From an uncultured Clostridium sp. (GTDB taxonomy: Bacteria; Bacillota; Clostridia; TANB77; CAG-508), in the NCBI GenBank assembly GCA_947648255.1, contig CANSNA010000004.1, forward strand, positions 1 to 53,410: a stretch of 53,410 nucleotides of DNA, read 5' to 3'. The number at the start of each line of letters is the position of its first letter. The stretch's first letter is position 1. The position numbers and the translations under genes were made by a program. This document shows, piece by piece, positions 11,089 through 21,047 of the stretch. A model generated the notes under the pieces. That model was not told where the DNA came from, did no database searches, and saw only the letters and a list, made by a program, of their open reading frames with translations.

Positions 11089-11821
11089 TTATTCTTGAAT
11101 AGTACTAAGTTTTAATATTGCATGTGTGATTTTTTGCTCTTTATTTTTTATGCTGATTATGTGTGTATTATTCTCGTTTTTATAGTAGATTTCTATTGTT
11201 TCTCCACATTTTATTTGTTTTTTATATTGAATTTCTATATCTTGAAAGTTTAAATTTGTTTTTTTTGAAATAGCATCATAAGCAAGTTCCAAGTAGACAC
11301 CATTATTTAGATGATGATTTACATCCATGTCTCTTCTTGTTCCTGTGTATTCGTAAACTTTCTGCATGTCGTCGCTTTCTTTTAATTTTCCATTTAGTTC
11401 TTCTTCAAATATTTTTTCTGGAATTATCTTATATTCATTTTGCATTTTTTCTGTTATTTTTGCTGGTCTTACTGTGTTGATATCAACTAATACCCATTGG
11501 CTTGTTCCTTTTGCTATTATTTCTTCTTTTTCATCATACATTTCAAAATCTCTCCATGATGAAACTTTTTCAAATGCTCTTGGCCATGTTTTAACAGTTA
11601 CTTCTGTGTCCCAACATGGTCTTTTTATTACTTTTATTTTCCAATATAATAGCATCCATGAGTATCCTGTTTCTTTAGCATTATTTATGCAATATCCGCA
11701 CTTCTTTTGAATGTGCTCCTGCAGCTTCTGCTAAAATGTTTATTATTCCTTTGTCTGATAATTCGTTATTTTCGTTTATATCTGCTGTTCTTAAGTGTGT
11801 TTTATATATGTATTTACACAT
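11089..11821 (-). CDS. Acyl-ACP thioesterase; one CGGA site (11695-11698)
   Basis: ATG 11821: MCKYIYKTHLRTADIN...EAAGAHSKEV-[G]-YCINNAKETGYSWMLLYW joins ORF 11089..11655 (TWP, DMDVNHHLNN). Confidence 0.85.
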
Positions 11822-11906
11822 TTTTTCCTCCTTTTTTTCTTTGATTTAGTATATCATATTGGTTTTAGAATTACAATTATTTTTTGGTATGAGCTTTATA
11901 TCTCCT

Positions 11907-12261
11907 TTAAATCACTTGTTTCAAATGTTTTATCTTGGTCTCTGCCTTTTTTATATAAACTTCAATTACATCAATTCTCACGAAGGCATTTTCTAGGTTT
12001 CTTTTGTATAAATAGTATTTTGCAGTGTTTAGTATATGTTTTTGTTTGTTAGCATTTACTGCTTCTCTTGCTTCTCCATATTTTTTACTACTTCTTGTTT
12101 TTACTTCTACAAATACAATTTCTTTTTTATCTTTTGCAATGATATCTATTTCCCCTTGTCTACACCTAAAGTTTTTTGTAATAATTCTATAACCTATTTT
12201 TTTTAAATATTTAGCTGCCTCTTCTTCTCCGTTTATTTCCTTCTAATTGTTTTTCGTTCAT
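11907..12261 (-). CDS. yraN: YraN / UPF0102 endonuclease-like protein; one CGGA site (12228-12231)
   Basis: MNEKQLEGNK-[G]-EEEAAKYLKKIGYRIITKNFRCRQGEIDIIA...FVEVKTR...RIDVIEV; absent from ORF track. Confidence 0.88.
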
Positions 12262-12262
12262 T

Positions 12263-13153
12263 TTATTTTACCTTATATTTATTTTTTTTGCTTTCAATTA
12301 TACCTTCTAGCTCCATCATAAATAGCATTTCATAAAGTTCTTTTATTGGTATTCCTGTTTTTTTACTTATATCATTTATGCTTCGCTCTTTTAATAATAT
12401 CTTATATATTTCTTTATATTCTTTTTTAATGCCACTTAAATCTAGATATTTATCTTTTTCTAAATCTTCAATTGATATTTGTTTGCAGTTTTTTTCTGTA
12501 TAGTTTTTTATAATGTCACTTGGATCTAATACTAATTTAGCTCCTTTTTGAATTAATATATTTGTTCCAATTCCTTTTCTATTTTCTCTTGCATTAGCTA
12601 CACAAAATATGTCTTTCCCTTGCTCTTTTGCATATCTTGCAGTAATTGATGTACCACTTCTTTTTTCTGCTTCTACAACTAATAATCCTAGTCCTAATCC
12701 ACTAACTATTCTATTTCTTTGTCTAAATTTTTCAGCTTCTGGTTTTTCGTCTTTTTTATATTCACTAATTATCGCTCCTCCATTTTTAAGTATTTTATTA
12801 TATACTTCTTTATTTTGTGGTGGAAAAATGACATTTGGTCCATTTCCAAGTACTGCTATTGTTTTGCCTTTTACTTTAAGTGCTCCTATATGTGCTGCTG
12901 TATCAATTCCTTTTGCCATCCCACTTATTATTGTAAACCCTGCTTTTGCAATATTTGCAGAAAACATTTTTGCATTTTCTATTCCCTGCTTCGTGCAATC
13001 TCTTGACCCAACTATTGAGAATCCTTTATTATTTAATATTTTTTTATTTCCTAATACATATAATTTTTTAGGTGGATTTTCTATGGTTCTAAGTGCTTTC
13101 GGAAAGTCTTTGTCTTCATATTTAATTTCTTCAATTTCCATTAATTCCTCCAA
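12263..13153 (-). CDS. dprA: DNA-processing protein DprA
   Basis: SIVGSR, ISGMAKGIDTAAH, FRQRNRIVSG, VVEAEKRSGTSITA. Confidence 0.93.
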   Translation of the reverse strand: MEELMEIEEIKYEDKDFPKALRTIENPPKKLYVLGNKKILNNKGFSIVGSRDCTKQGIENAKMFSANIAKAGFTIISGMAKGIDTAAHIGALKVKGKTIAVLGNGPNVIFPPQNKEVYNKILKNGGAIISEYKKDEKPEAEKFRQRNRIVSGLGLGLLVVEAEKRSGTSITARYAKEQGKDIFCVANARENRKGIGTNILIQKGAKLVLDPSDIIKNYTEKNCKQISIEDLEKDKYLDLSGIKKEYKEIYKILLKERSINDISKKTGIPIKELYEMLFMMELEGIIESKKNKYKVK

Positions 13154-14683
13154 TACTTTCTATCTAAATTTCTATAGTTTATTGCCTCTGCTATATGTTT
13201 TGTTTCTATATTTTCTTTTTCCTCTAAATCGGCAATAGTTCTTGCAACTTTTAGGATTTTCCCATATGCTCTTGCACTAAAGCCTAATTTTTCAAAAGCA
13301 TTTTTCAATATTTCTTTTTCTCTTTTTCCTAATTTGCAGTATTTATCAATTAGTCTTGGTGTAAGTTCTGAATTTGAATATATGCCATATTCTTTATATC
13401 TGTTTCTTCCTATCTCTCTTGCTTTATTTACTCTTTCCCTTATTTTTTTAGAACTTTCGCCTTGTTCTTGATTTGATAATTTTTTATATTCTACTGCTTC
13501 TACTTCTATATGAATATCTATCCTGTCTAAAAGTGGTCCACTAATTTTATTTATATATTTATCTATTTGATACTTTGTACATGTACAGTTTTTTCCCTCT
13601 GCACCATAATATCCACACGGACAAGGGTTCATTGACGCAATAAGCATAAAATTGCATGGATATGTCAAACTTGCATTTACTCTATTAATGCTTACTTTCC
13701 CATCTTCTAATGGTCCTCTTAGTAGCTCTAAAGTTTGTTTGTTAAATTCTGTTAATTCGTCTAAAAATAATACTCCATTATGTGCTAAGCTTATTTCTCC
13801 GTGGTTTTGGAATTCGCCCTCCACCGAACAAGTGCAGCACTGGATACTGTGTGATGTGGTGCTCTAAATGGTCGTTTTTTTATTACAGGTGTATCTTCTT
13901 TTATAAGACCTGCTACACTATGTATTTTTGTAATTTCAAGTGCTTCTTCTAAGTTTAAGTTTGGAAGAATTGATGGAAGTGATTTTGCCATCATAGTTTT
14001 CCCGAGAACCGGGAGATCCGAATTAGAAGTATATTGTGCCCTCCGACTTGCTGCAATTTCTAATGCTCTTTTTACTGTTTCTTGCCCTCTTACATCTTCA
14101 AAGTCTATATTGTAGTTTTCGTTTTGATTAAAAATATTACTTAATTTTATTTTTTCTGTTATTATATTTTTTTGTCCTAATAAATATTTAACTAGTTCTT
14201 CTAAACTTTCTACTCCGTATTATTTCTATATTTTGAACAATTGAAGCTTCTTTTGCATTTTCTTTTGGGAGTATTATTTTTTCTATTCCTCTTTTTTTAG
14301 CTTCAAGTGTAAGTGGAAATGCTCCTTTTATTTTGTTTATTTTTCCATTTAGTGATAATTCTCCAATTATTACTGTTTTTTCTAAGTTTACACCTTCAAG
14401 TTCTCCCTTTGCAATTAATATTCCAATTGCCATAGGTAAGTCATATATTGAACCTTCCTTTTTTGTATCTGCTGGAGATAAATTTATAACTATTTTTCGA
14501 CTTTCAAGTTTTATACCTGTATTTTTTATTGCAGCTTTTATTCTTTCTTTAGATTCTTTTACACTTGCATCTGGAAGACCTACAGTTTCCCAGCTTGGTA
14601 AACCTCCGTGAAATATCTACTTCCACAGATACAAATTTCCCCTCTAATCCATGAAGAGACATAGATTTTACTATTGCTAACAT
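13141..14683 (-). CDS. comM: YifB/ComM Mg-chelatase-like AAA+ ATPase; seven CGGN sites (14605, 14214, 14042, 14017, 14001, 13823, 13798)
   Basis: Recoded: EVDIS-G-GLP, IEII-G-VESL, EIAAS-G-GHNILLI-G-SPGS-G-KT (Walker A), [26 protein letters not shown]. Confidence 0.92.
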
Positions 14684-15064
14684 ATTTTCCTCTTTTCTTT
14701 TTTGAGTTTTCTTAGGAGAATTCCTAAAAGTATTTGTTTGTCATTGCTTAAGGTGTTTTGATTTTAATTCTTTACAAGATATAATTAAACTTATATAACA
14801 TTTTTTCTGATTTGTCAATAGTTATTTACATTTATTACAAAAAACAGAAAATTGGTCAGTAATACACTATACTTTTTTTGAAAATGTACAGTTTTATCAC
14901 CTTAGTATTACTAAAATCTATTTCCCCAACTTTATATTTCTAAATATAATAGTATCATACACCATTATTGCTCATAAATAGTATCTGATACATTTATTAG
15001 TGGTTATCTAAAAATAGATGTTAAATGTTCTCATTCAATATCTATCTTTAAATTCTTACATATT

Positions 15065-16072
15065 TTAAAATATTCCTTTATATATGTACCATACACCGTT
15101 TTGTTCTCCATTATTAGGATATGCTTCTTTTGAATTGCCTGTGACATCTTCTCCCTGATTTGTCCCTTTTTTATATCCATTTTCAATAGCCTTTGCATAT
15201 CTTTTTGTTCCTTCCATTTTCCATTTTCCGGTCACTTGTTTCAGAAACTGAACTAATTGTTAGCCATCTCGCAGTATCCCTCTTACTATAATCTCCTTCT
15301 ATTACTACACTATATCCGTACAATGGGTTTATTATTCCACGTATTCGTATACATAACACCGAGCCCACGCCCATCTATATGAAAGTGTATCCCAGCTAAT
15401 ACTTGGATTTTCATATCTTACATTACCAGATTTAGCAACATATATAGTAGTATTTGGTTCTTCTGCTGGTTCGTATTTATATCTCATTACAGCATCCCAT
15501 GTTTCCCAAGTATATAGTTTCGTTTTTCCTACAATTTCATGTTTCTCATTCTTTCCGTTTTTATATGATACTATTACATAGCAATTTGTATCCCCTGTCT
15601 TTGCACCATTTACTGTGTAACTTACACTCGTTTCATTTGGTTCGTTAACAGTTTTGACTAAAATATTGTCCACATAAAAATCATACTTTTCTATTTTTGC
15701 TAAATTTTCAGCTGAATCTATTGTTACAGTTAACGAAAATGAACTTTCACTTTGTTTTATTGTTGAAATTTCTATTTTTGTTTCTTCTTTATCTTCATTT
15801 TCTTCCTTATCTTCATTTTCAGTATTATCAACTTTACCTTGTATTTTCTCCACTGTGTTATTTAAATCTTCATCAAGTTTTTCAAATTTGTTCGATTCAT
15901 TATATTGAGCATTTGCATAATTTATTGTTGCATTAATTGCTAGATTTATAAAATTATTCTTCAAAATTATACTAACACTTATTACTGCTAAGATTATTAA
16001 AATTATTATTGTTATTATAAGTGCAACGAGTGTTATTCCTTTTTCTTTATTTTCTTTTCTTTTGAATTTCAT
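15065..16072 (-). CDS. Type IV pilin-like N-terminal (prepilin signal) surface protein; three predicted CGGN sites (15358, 15315, 15227)
   Basis: KGITLVALIITIIILIILA N-terminus; applying the CGGN rule three times gives a stop-free read to ...AYPNNGEQNGVWYIYKGIF*. Confidence 0.7.
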
Positions 16073-16482
16073 GTTTTAACATTCTCCTACTAATTTTATT
16101 CCAAGAATATTATATCACAATACTTCTTTTCTTTGCAATGTTTTTTTCATAAGCTTTATATCATATGTCCAAAAAATCTTTTTGCATTAGGATTTTGTTC
16201 GTTTACTACTATTCCATTAACATTTTAATTTCTATTCCCATAAAAGCAATAGGTGGATTATTTTCATATTATTGCTCCTATAATAATTGTAATTTTGTCT
16301 TAAACATTGTGTTTTATCTTATTTTTTCGTTGAACGCATATTGCACAACATCTCAAAAATTTTTGATATAGAAACTCTTACATCTTCAGCAGAATTTTCT
16401 TTAAATTTGTTTATTATAACTATTTCATCTTTCTTTTTTGTTTTTTTAATTGTAGGTTGTCCCTTACTTTTACATTACACTT

Positions 16483-17067
16483 TCATTTTTTGCTTTTATA
16501 ATAATCAATCATAAATAATATAATTGAAATTATAAGTAATATGAATATAGTTAGAATATCCCATATATCAATAATAGGTTCTAAAGTCATCTTTGATAAA
16601 GTTATATTTACTATTAAACATAGTGGTATTCCTAATAATAAAGAAATACTGGCTACAATATATTTTCTCTGTTTGAATTTTTGAGAAATTCCTACTATGC
16701 TCCATAAATATATCAATCCAATTGTTGACATTATCGCTCCAACAGATAGAATTTCTGTATCCTTTATTAGTACACTTAATATATAAAGAAATGGTATAAT
16801 AAAAATAGTTAGTGATAATAATGTTGCAATAACTATTTTTTTCTTGCACATCATTGATGGTAACAAAATTAGCCAGGCAAAAGTAATAGCACTAATTGGA
16901 ATCAATGACCAAGTCAATGTTTTTGAAATTGCTAAATCACATATTACACATACTATTACTGCTATTAAGCAAATTATTGTGAATATACTAAAATATAATT
17001 TATTTTTCATTTCGATATTTCCTCCATATATTGTAAATTTGTAGTTATGTTCCAAATTCTTTTGCAT
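16483..17067 (-). CDS. Hypothetical multi-pass membrane protein
   Basis: About six hydrophobic segments; true start probably at the internal MKNKLY. Confidence 0.65.
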   Translation of the reverse strand: MQKNLEHNYKFTIYGGNIEMKNKLYFSIFTIICLIAVIVCVICDLAISKTLTWSLIPISAITFAWLILLPSMMCKKKIVIATLLSLTIFIIPFLYILSVLIKDTEILSVGAIMSTIGLIYLWSIVGISQKFKQRKYIVASISLLLGIPLCLIVNITLSKMTLEPIIDIWDILTIFILLIISIILFMIDYYKSKK

Positions 17068-17557
17068 ATTCTACTATACCAATTATTTCTTTATCTGTAT
17101 TATTCAATTTTATTGCCATAAAGTTTTCATTTGGTACTTCAAATGGTGCTTTTATTCCATAATTTATTGCTGGAGAATATCCACTTTTAGAGTAATAAGT
17201 TTCACTGCCTAAAACTATAGAATAATGATAACCTAATTCTTTTGCTATTTGGTGTCCTTTTTCTATTAACTTTTTACCTATTCCTTGTTTCTGGTATTTT
17301 GGCAATATTCCAAGTGGTGCTAATGCTAATTCTTCATATTCTCCTATTTTAATTTTTGTAAATAATATATAGCCAACTATTTTTCTATCTTGAATTGCCA
17401 CTAACGATAATTGTGGTATAAAATTATTGCTACTTCTTAATGCTACTACTAAATCTTGTTCGTTTCCATCACTATGTTCTGCTGTTTCAAATGCTATTTT
17501 TACTACATTATATACTTCTTCATAGTCTTTTTCAGTTTCTTGCCTTATTTCTAACAT
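17045..17557 (-). CDS. GNAT N-acetyltransferase (YhbS-like)
   Basis: IRQETEKDY, ALAPLGILPKYQKQGIGKKLI, VLGSETYYSKSG. Confidence 0.88.
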   Translation of the reverse strand: MLEIRQETEKDYEEVYNVVKIAFETAEHSDGNEQDLVVALRSSNNFIPQLSLVAIQDRKIVGYILFTKIKIGEYEELALAPLGILPKYQKQGIGKKLIEKGHQIAKELGYHYSIVLGSETYYSKSGYSPAINYGIKAPFEVPNENFMAIKLNNTDKEIIGIVEYAKEFGT

Positions 17558-17676
17558 TTCTATTTCTCCTCAAAATTGTAGGCTATTATCTCCCAATGAT
17601 TATTATTTTTCCATAATTATTTTTAGTCCTATAAAATTTTAACTTGCCCTATAGCTTGTAAGTTGTAACTGAGTTG

Positions 17677-18183
17677 CTATTTGTTATATTCTACACATTT
17701 TTCTTCTAATAATTTAAAATTACAGCATCTTACTCTTATATTTTCTGGTAATTTTCCATTGCTATATAATTGATATAGTTTAAAAGATTTATTTTTCACT
17801 TGCTTATAGTTTGCATTTAACCAATTTAACTGTTCTCTTAATAATTTTTGGTATTTTAATTCTGCAATAGTTAAAGTTTCTTTGTTTAAATCTACTAAAG
17901 AGTAATTATTTTCATTTACTGGTATCATATTATTAAAATTAACAGCTCCTAATTCGCCATCTTTAATTTTGAAGAAGTCCAAAGTATTTTTCATATTTTT
18001 GTGTTTAAGTTTTGGGCTTGATAATGGTGCAAAATATTCACAAGTATCTATTTGAAATAATATTCCTATAAAAGGTCTTAATTCTTTTTCATTTTTATTA
18101 TAAGCCACCTTGTTATCAAATTTTCTTAAGTAATCACAATAGTCCGAATTAACTCTAACAATTTTTAAATTTATAATCATCAT
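17677..18183 (-). CDS. Type III toxin-antitoxin endoribonuclease toxin, ToxN/AbiQ family
   Basis: YCDYLRKFDNKV, RPFIGILF, YFAPLSSPKLKH, LGAVNFNNMIPV, CCNFKLLEE; upstream repeats and terminator. Confidence 0.9.
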   Translation of the reverse strand: MMIINLKIVRVNSDYCDYLRKFDNKVAYNKNEKELRPFIGILFQIDTCEYFAPLSSPKLKHKNMKNTLDFFKIKDGELGAVNFNNMIPVNENNYSLVDLNKETLTIAELKYQKLLREQLNWLNANYKQVKNKSFKLYQLYSNGKLPENIRVRCCNFKLLEEKCVEYNK

Positions 18184-18240
18184 AAATTACCTCCTTAGCA
18201 TTTCAATTATATACTAAAATTCATGAAAATACAATAATAC

Positions 18241-18270
18241 AAAAGGATTAGAGTTTTACCCCTAATCCCC
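18241..18270 (-). terminator. Terminator between antitoxin repeats and toxin
   Basis: Minus strand GGATTAGGGG-taa-AACTCTAATCC-TTTT hairpin. Confidence 0.75.
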
Positions 18271-18377
18271 CTTTTTTAAGTTCCAATTTAATGGCTGGAA
18301 ACACCGCTTTTTCAAATTCCAATTTATGGCTGGATTCACCGCTTTTTTAAGTTCCAACTTTATGGCTGGATTCACCA
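18271..18377 (-). ncRNA. Type III antitoxin RNA (ToxI/AntiQ-like), three tandem 35-36 nt repeats
   Basis: Units 18271-18306, 18307-18341, 18342-18377; minus-strand consensus GGTGAATCCAGCCATAAA(G)TTGGAAYTTRAAAAAG with A-rich ends; promoter-repeats-terminator-toxin layout. Confidence 0.88.
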
Positions 18378-18445
18378 ACTTTTTTGCTATTTCTAGCAAT
18401 AATATTATATGCAATTTATATAAATTTATTGCTTTCTGCATTTTA

Positions 18446-18474
18446 AATATACCATATTTTTAGATAATAATCAA
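18446..18474 (-). promoter_or_regulatory. Promoter of the type III TA operon
   Basis: TTGATT-17 nt-TATATT with TG extension on the minus strand. Confidence 0.6.
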
Positions 18475-18539
18475 TATTTTTTGAAAAATTTTTAGTTTAC
18501 ATATTTTCTATGTGAGTTTTTTACATTATTTTGGTTTAC

Positions 18540-18803
18540 CATTGCATATTCCATTATTGTGTCTATTTTTATATGTCCTAATAACTTTTGTGGCATACCT
18601 TAATCAATTATAGCTAAATCTCTTACATTTACACAAGTATCTCTTAATTTTTCTAAATTCTCATCTGTCAATGTTTCTTTAACTTTTTTAGTTACTTTTA
18701 CTTTGTAAATTCTTCTAACTGGACTTTTAGCAATATAATCTTCGTTTTCTAACCATGCAAAGAAACTTGATAATGTTCTTCTTATATTGTCTATTGTTAC
18801 CAT
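18540..18803 (-). pseudogene. Tyrosine recombinase/integrase remnant
   Basis: Fragment TIDNIRRTLSSFFAWLENEDYIAKSPVRRI...RDLAIID, then an out-of-frame QKLLGHIKIDTIMEYAMVNQNNV; internally deleted. Confidence 0.7.
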
Positions 18804-18917
18804 CCCTGCAAATGCTTCCTATTACCTATTTCAACATAATATCTTACTTTTTGTAAATTCCACAAATTTATCACTATAATCTTAACGATAAAAGAATAAG
18901 AAATTAAACGAATTAAA

Positions 18918-19628
18918 TTAAAAATGGCAATTGTAAATTATATCTTCTGTAATTTCCTGTATTTTTTTACCTACATGCATATCATATTTTTCATCTAAAA
19001 TTTCATTATTTGATATCGCTTTAATTGAAATTACTGGAATTTTATAAATATTTGCTACAGTATAAATTGCGACACATTCCATGTCTTCACATATTGCTCC
19101 ATATTTTTGATTTATATATTTAATTCTATATTTATTTTTATTCCAAATATCTCCACTTGCAATTCTGCCAAAAATAAAATTTTCTTTTTTAAATTTTTCT
19201 TTTATGAATTTAATTAGCATTTCGTCTGCTTTTTGAGGTATAAGTTCGTTTTCTCTATTATGTAAAAATGTAGTAATCTCATAATCTTCTAAAGATGTTC
19301 CTTCTCCTTTGCATTCCATTGAGGTTATATTTATTGCATCTATTCCTATAACTATTTTTCCTCTATCTGTTTCATTGATGTATCCACCTGCTAGTCCTTC
19401 ATTTATTATAATTTTAGGATTATATTTTTCTATTGCAATAGTTGTAGAAATGCTTGCATTTATTAATCCTACTTTAGATGTGCAAAGCACAACATCTTTT
19501 TCTGCTATTTTTCCTTCATAAAAATTAAATCCTTTATATTCGTTATTTTTTAAATTATTTAATTTGTTTTTTAAAAAATCTAATTCTACATCTTCCATTG
19601 CTGCAATTATTAGTATATCTTTTTCCAT
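18918..19628 (-). CDS. mtnN: 5'-methylthioadenosine/S-adenosylhomocysteine nucleosidase
   Basis: IIAAME, SKVGLINA, IINEGLAGG, IASGD, CEDMECVA, IKAISN. Confidence 0.8.
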   Translation of the reverse strand: MEKDILIIAAMEDVELDFLKNKLNNLKNNEYKGFNFYEGKIAEKDVVLCTSKVGLINASISTTIAIEKYNPKIIINEGLAGGYINETDRGKIVIGIDAINITSMECKGEGTSLEDYEITTFLHNRENELIPQKADEMLIKFIKEKFKKENFIFGRIASGDIWNKNKYRIKYINQKYGAICEDMECVAIYTVANIYKIPVISIKAISNNEILDEKYDMHVGKKIQEITEDIIYNCHF

Positions 19629-19631
19629 ATT

Positions 19632-20535
19632 TTATTCCCTTTTTTTTATTTTTGCTATAAAAAATCCTTCATATGTCTCACTTGGCATTATACACAAAGT
19701 TCCTTGAATCTTAGTTTCTAATAATTCTAGTTTAGTCAATTTATCCAAATTAATATTAATTATTTCTGCATTTTCTTTTTTTAATATTTTTTCTAAAACT
19801 TCTTCATTTTCTTTTCTTAAAATTGAGCAAGTTGAATATATAATTTCTCCATTCGGTTTAAGTATTTTTAAAGCCTTCTTTAGTAATTCTTCTTGTACAT
19901 TGGCAGATCTTTCTATTAATTCCTTTGTAAATTTCTCGCTAAAAATATTTTTAGTTCCACTTCCACTACAAGGTGCATCTAAAAGTATTTTATCAAAAGA
20001 AAAATATTCATCTAATTTTCTTGCATCTTGTTGTATTACATTTACTCTTGCACCTTGTTTTTCTATATTATATTTTAATCTTTCTAGTCTTATTTTATTT
20101 TTTTCACAGGCTGTTATCATGGCTTCGTTTTTGGAAAGTGCTGCAATTTGTGTAGTTTTTCCTCCGAGGTGCTGCTGTCATATCTAATATATTTTCTCCT
20201 GCTTTTGGTTCTAAAATCAAAGGAGGTATCATTGAAGATAAACTTTGCAAATAAATTTCTCCATTTTTATATATATTTAAATTTTTAATTTCTTCTTCTT
20301 TTGCATTTTCTAAAATTAATGCATCTTCATACCAGGGCACTTCCATATATATAATTTTTTCTTTTTCTAATTCTTGTTTTATTTTTTCAGCATTTTGTTT
20401 TAATGCATTTATTCTTAAAGTTGTTTTTTCTTGTTTTTTATATCCATTTATTATTTTATTTGTTATTTTTTCTCCATAATTTTCAAATAACATCTCTTTC
20501 AAAAAATTTGGTAATTCTTGGGTCATTTTTTTCAT
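19632..20535 (-). CDS. RsmB/NOL1/NOP2 RNA m5C methyltransferase; one CGGA site (20163-20166)
   Basis: YLQSLSSMIP; recoded SAM motif LDMTAAP-G-GKTTQ; ILLDAPCSGSG; YSTCS. Confidence 0.9.
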
Positions 20536-20570
20536 CCTTATTTTTATTATTATTAAAATTAATTAAATTC

Positions 20571-21027
20571 TTAATACTCTGTTATTTTATAATTTATTAA
20601 TTTATCTCCATTATATTCAAGTTTCATTGTGAAAAAATTACTATCATCTAATTTGTTTAAAAATAAATTATCACCTTCCCAAGTTTTTAAGTTGGGTACT
20701 TCTTCTTTTTCTATCCATTCTAATTCGCCTTCACTACATTCAATTAAATCTCCTTCAAAGTCATCTGCTTTAAATAAATACATATGCTCTGTTTCAAATT
20801 CTGTTGATACATATGTTATAATGCCTTTTAAATCATATTTTTTAAGAATTAAGCCTGTTTCTTCTTTTACTTCTCTTACCAAACATTCTTCTGGTGTTTC
20901 GCCATCTTCAAACTTTCCGCCGTACTCCAATCCATTTATTTTTGTTCATATCATTTTCTTTTTTATTTCTATGTAGCATTAAATATTTTCCATTTTTTTC
21001 TATATAACATAGCGTTGTAAATTTCAT
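20571..21027 (-). CDS. Nudix hydrolase (MutX/8-oxo-dGTPase-like); one CGGC site (20919-20922)
   Basis: MKFTTLCYIEKNGKYLMLHR...KWIGV-G-GKFEDGETPEECLVREVKEETGL (Nudix box). Confidence 0.9.
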
Positions 21028-21047
21028 ATACTTCTCCTTTTTTATAA

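Noticed and set aside
18271-18377. Mini CRISPR array
   Set aside because: Repeats are directly tandem with no spacers, no cas genes are nearby, and the context is a type III antitoxin.
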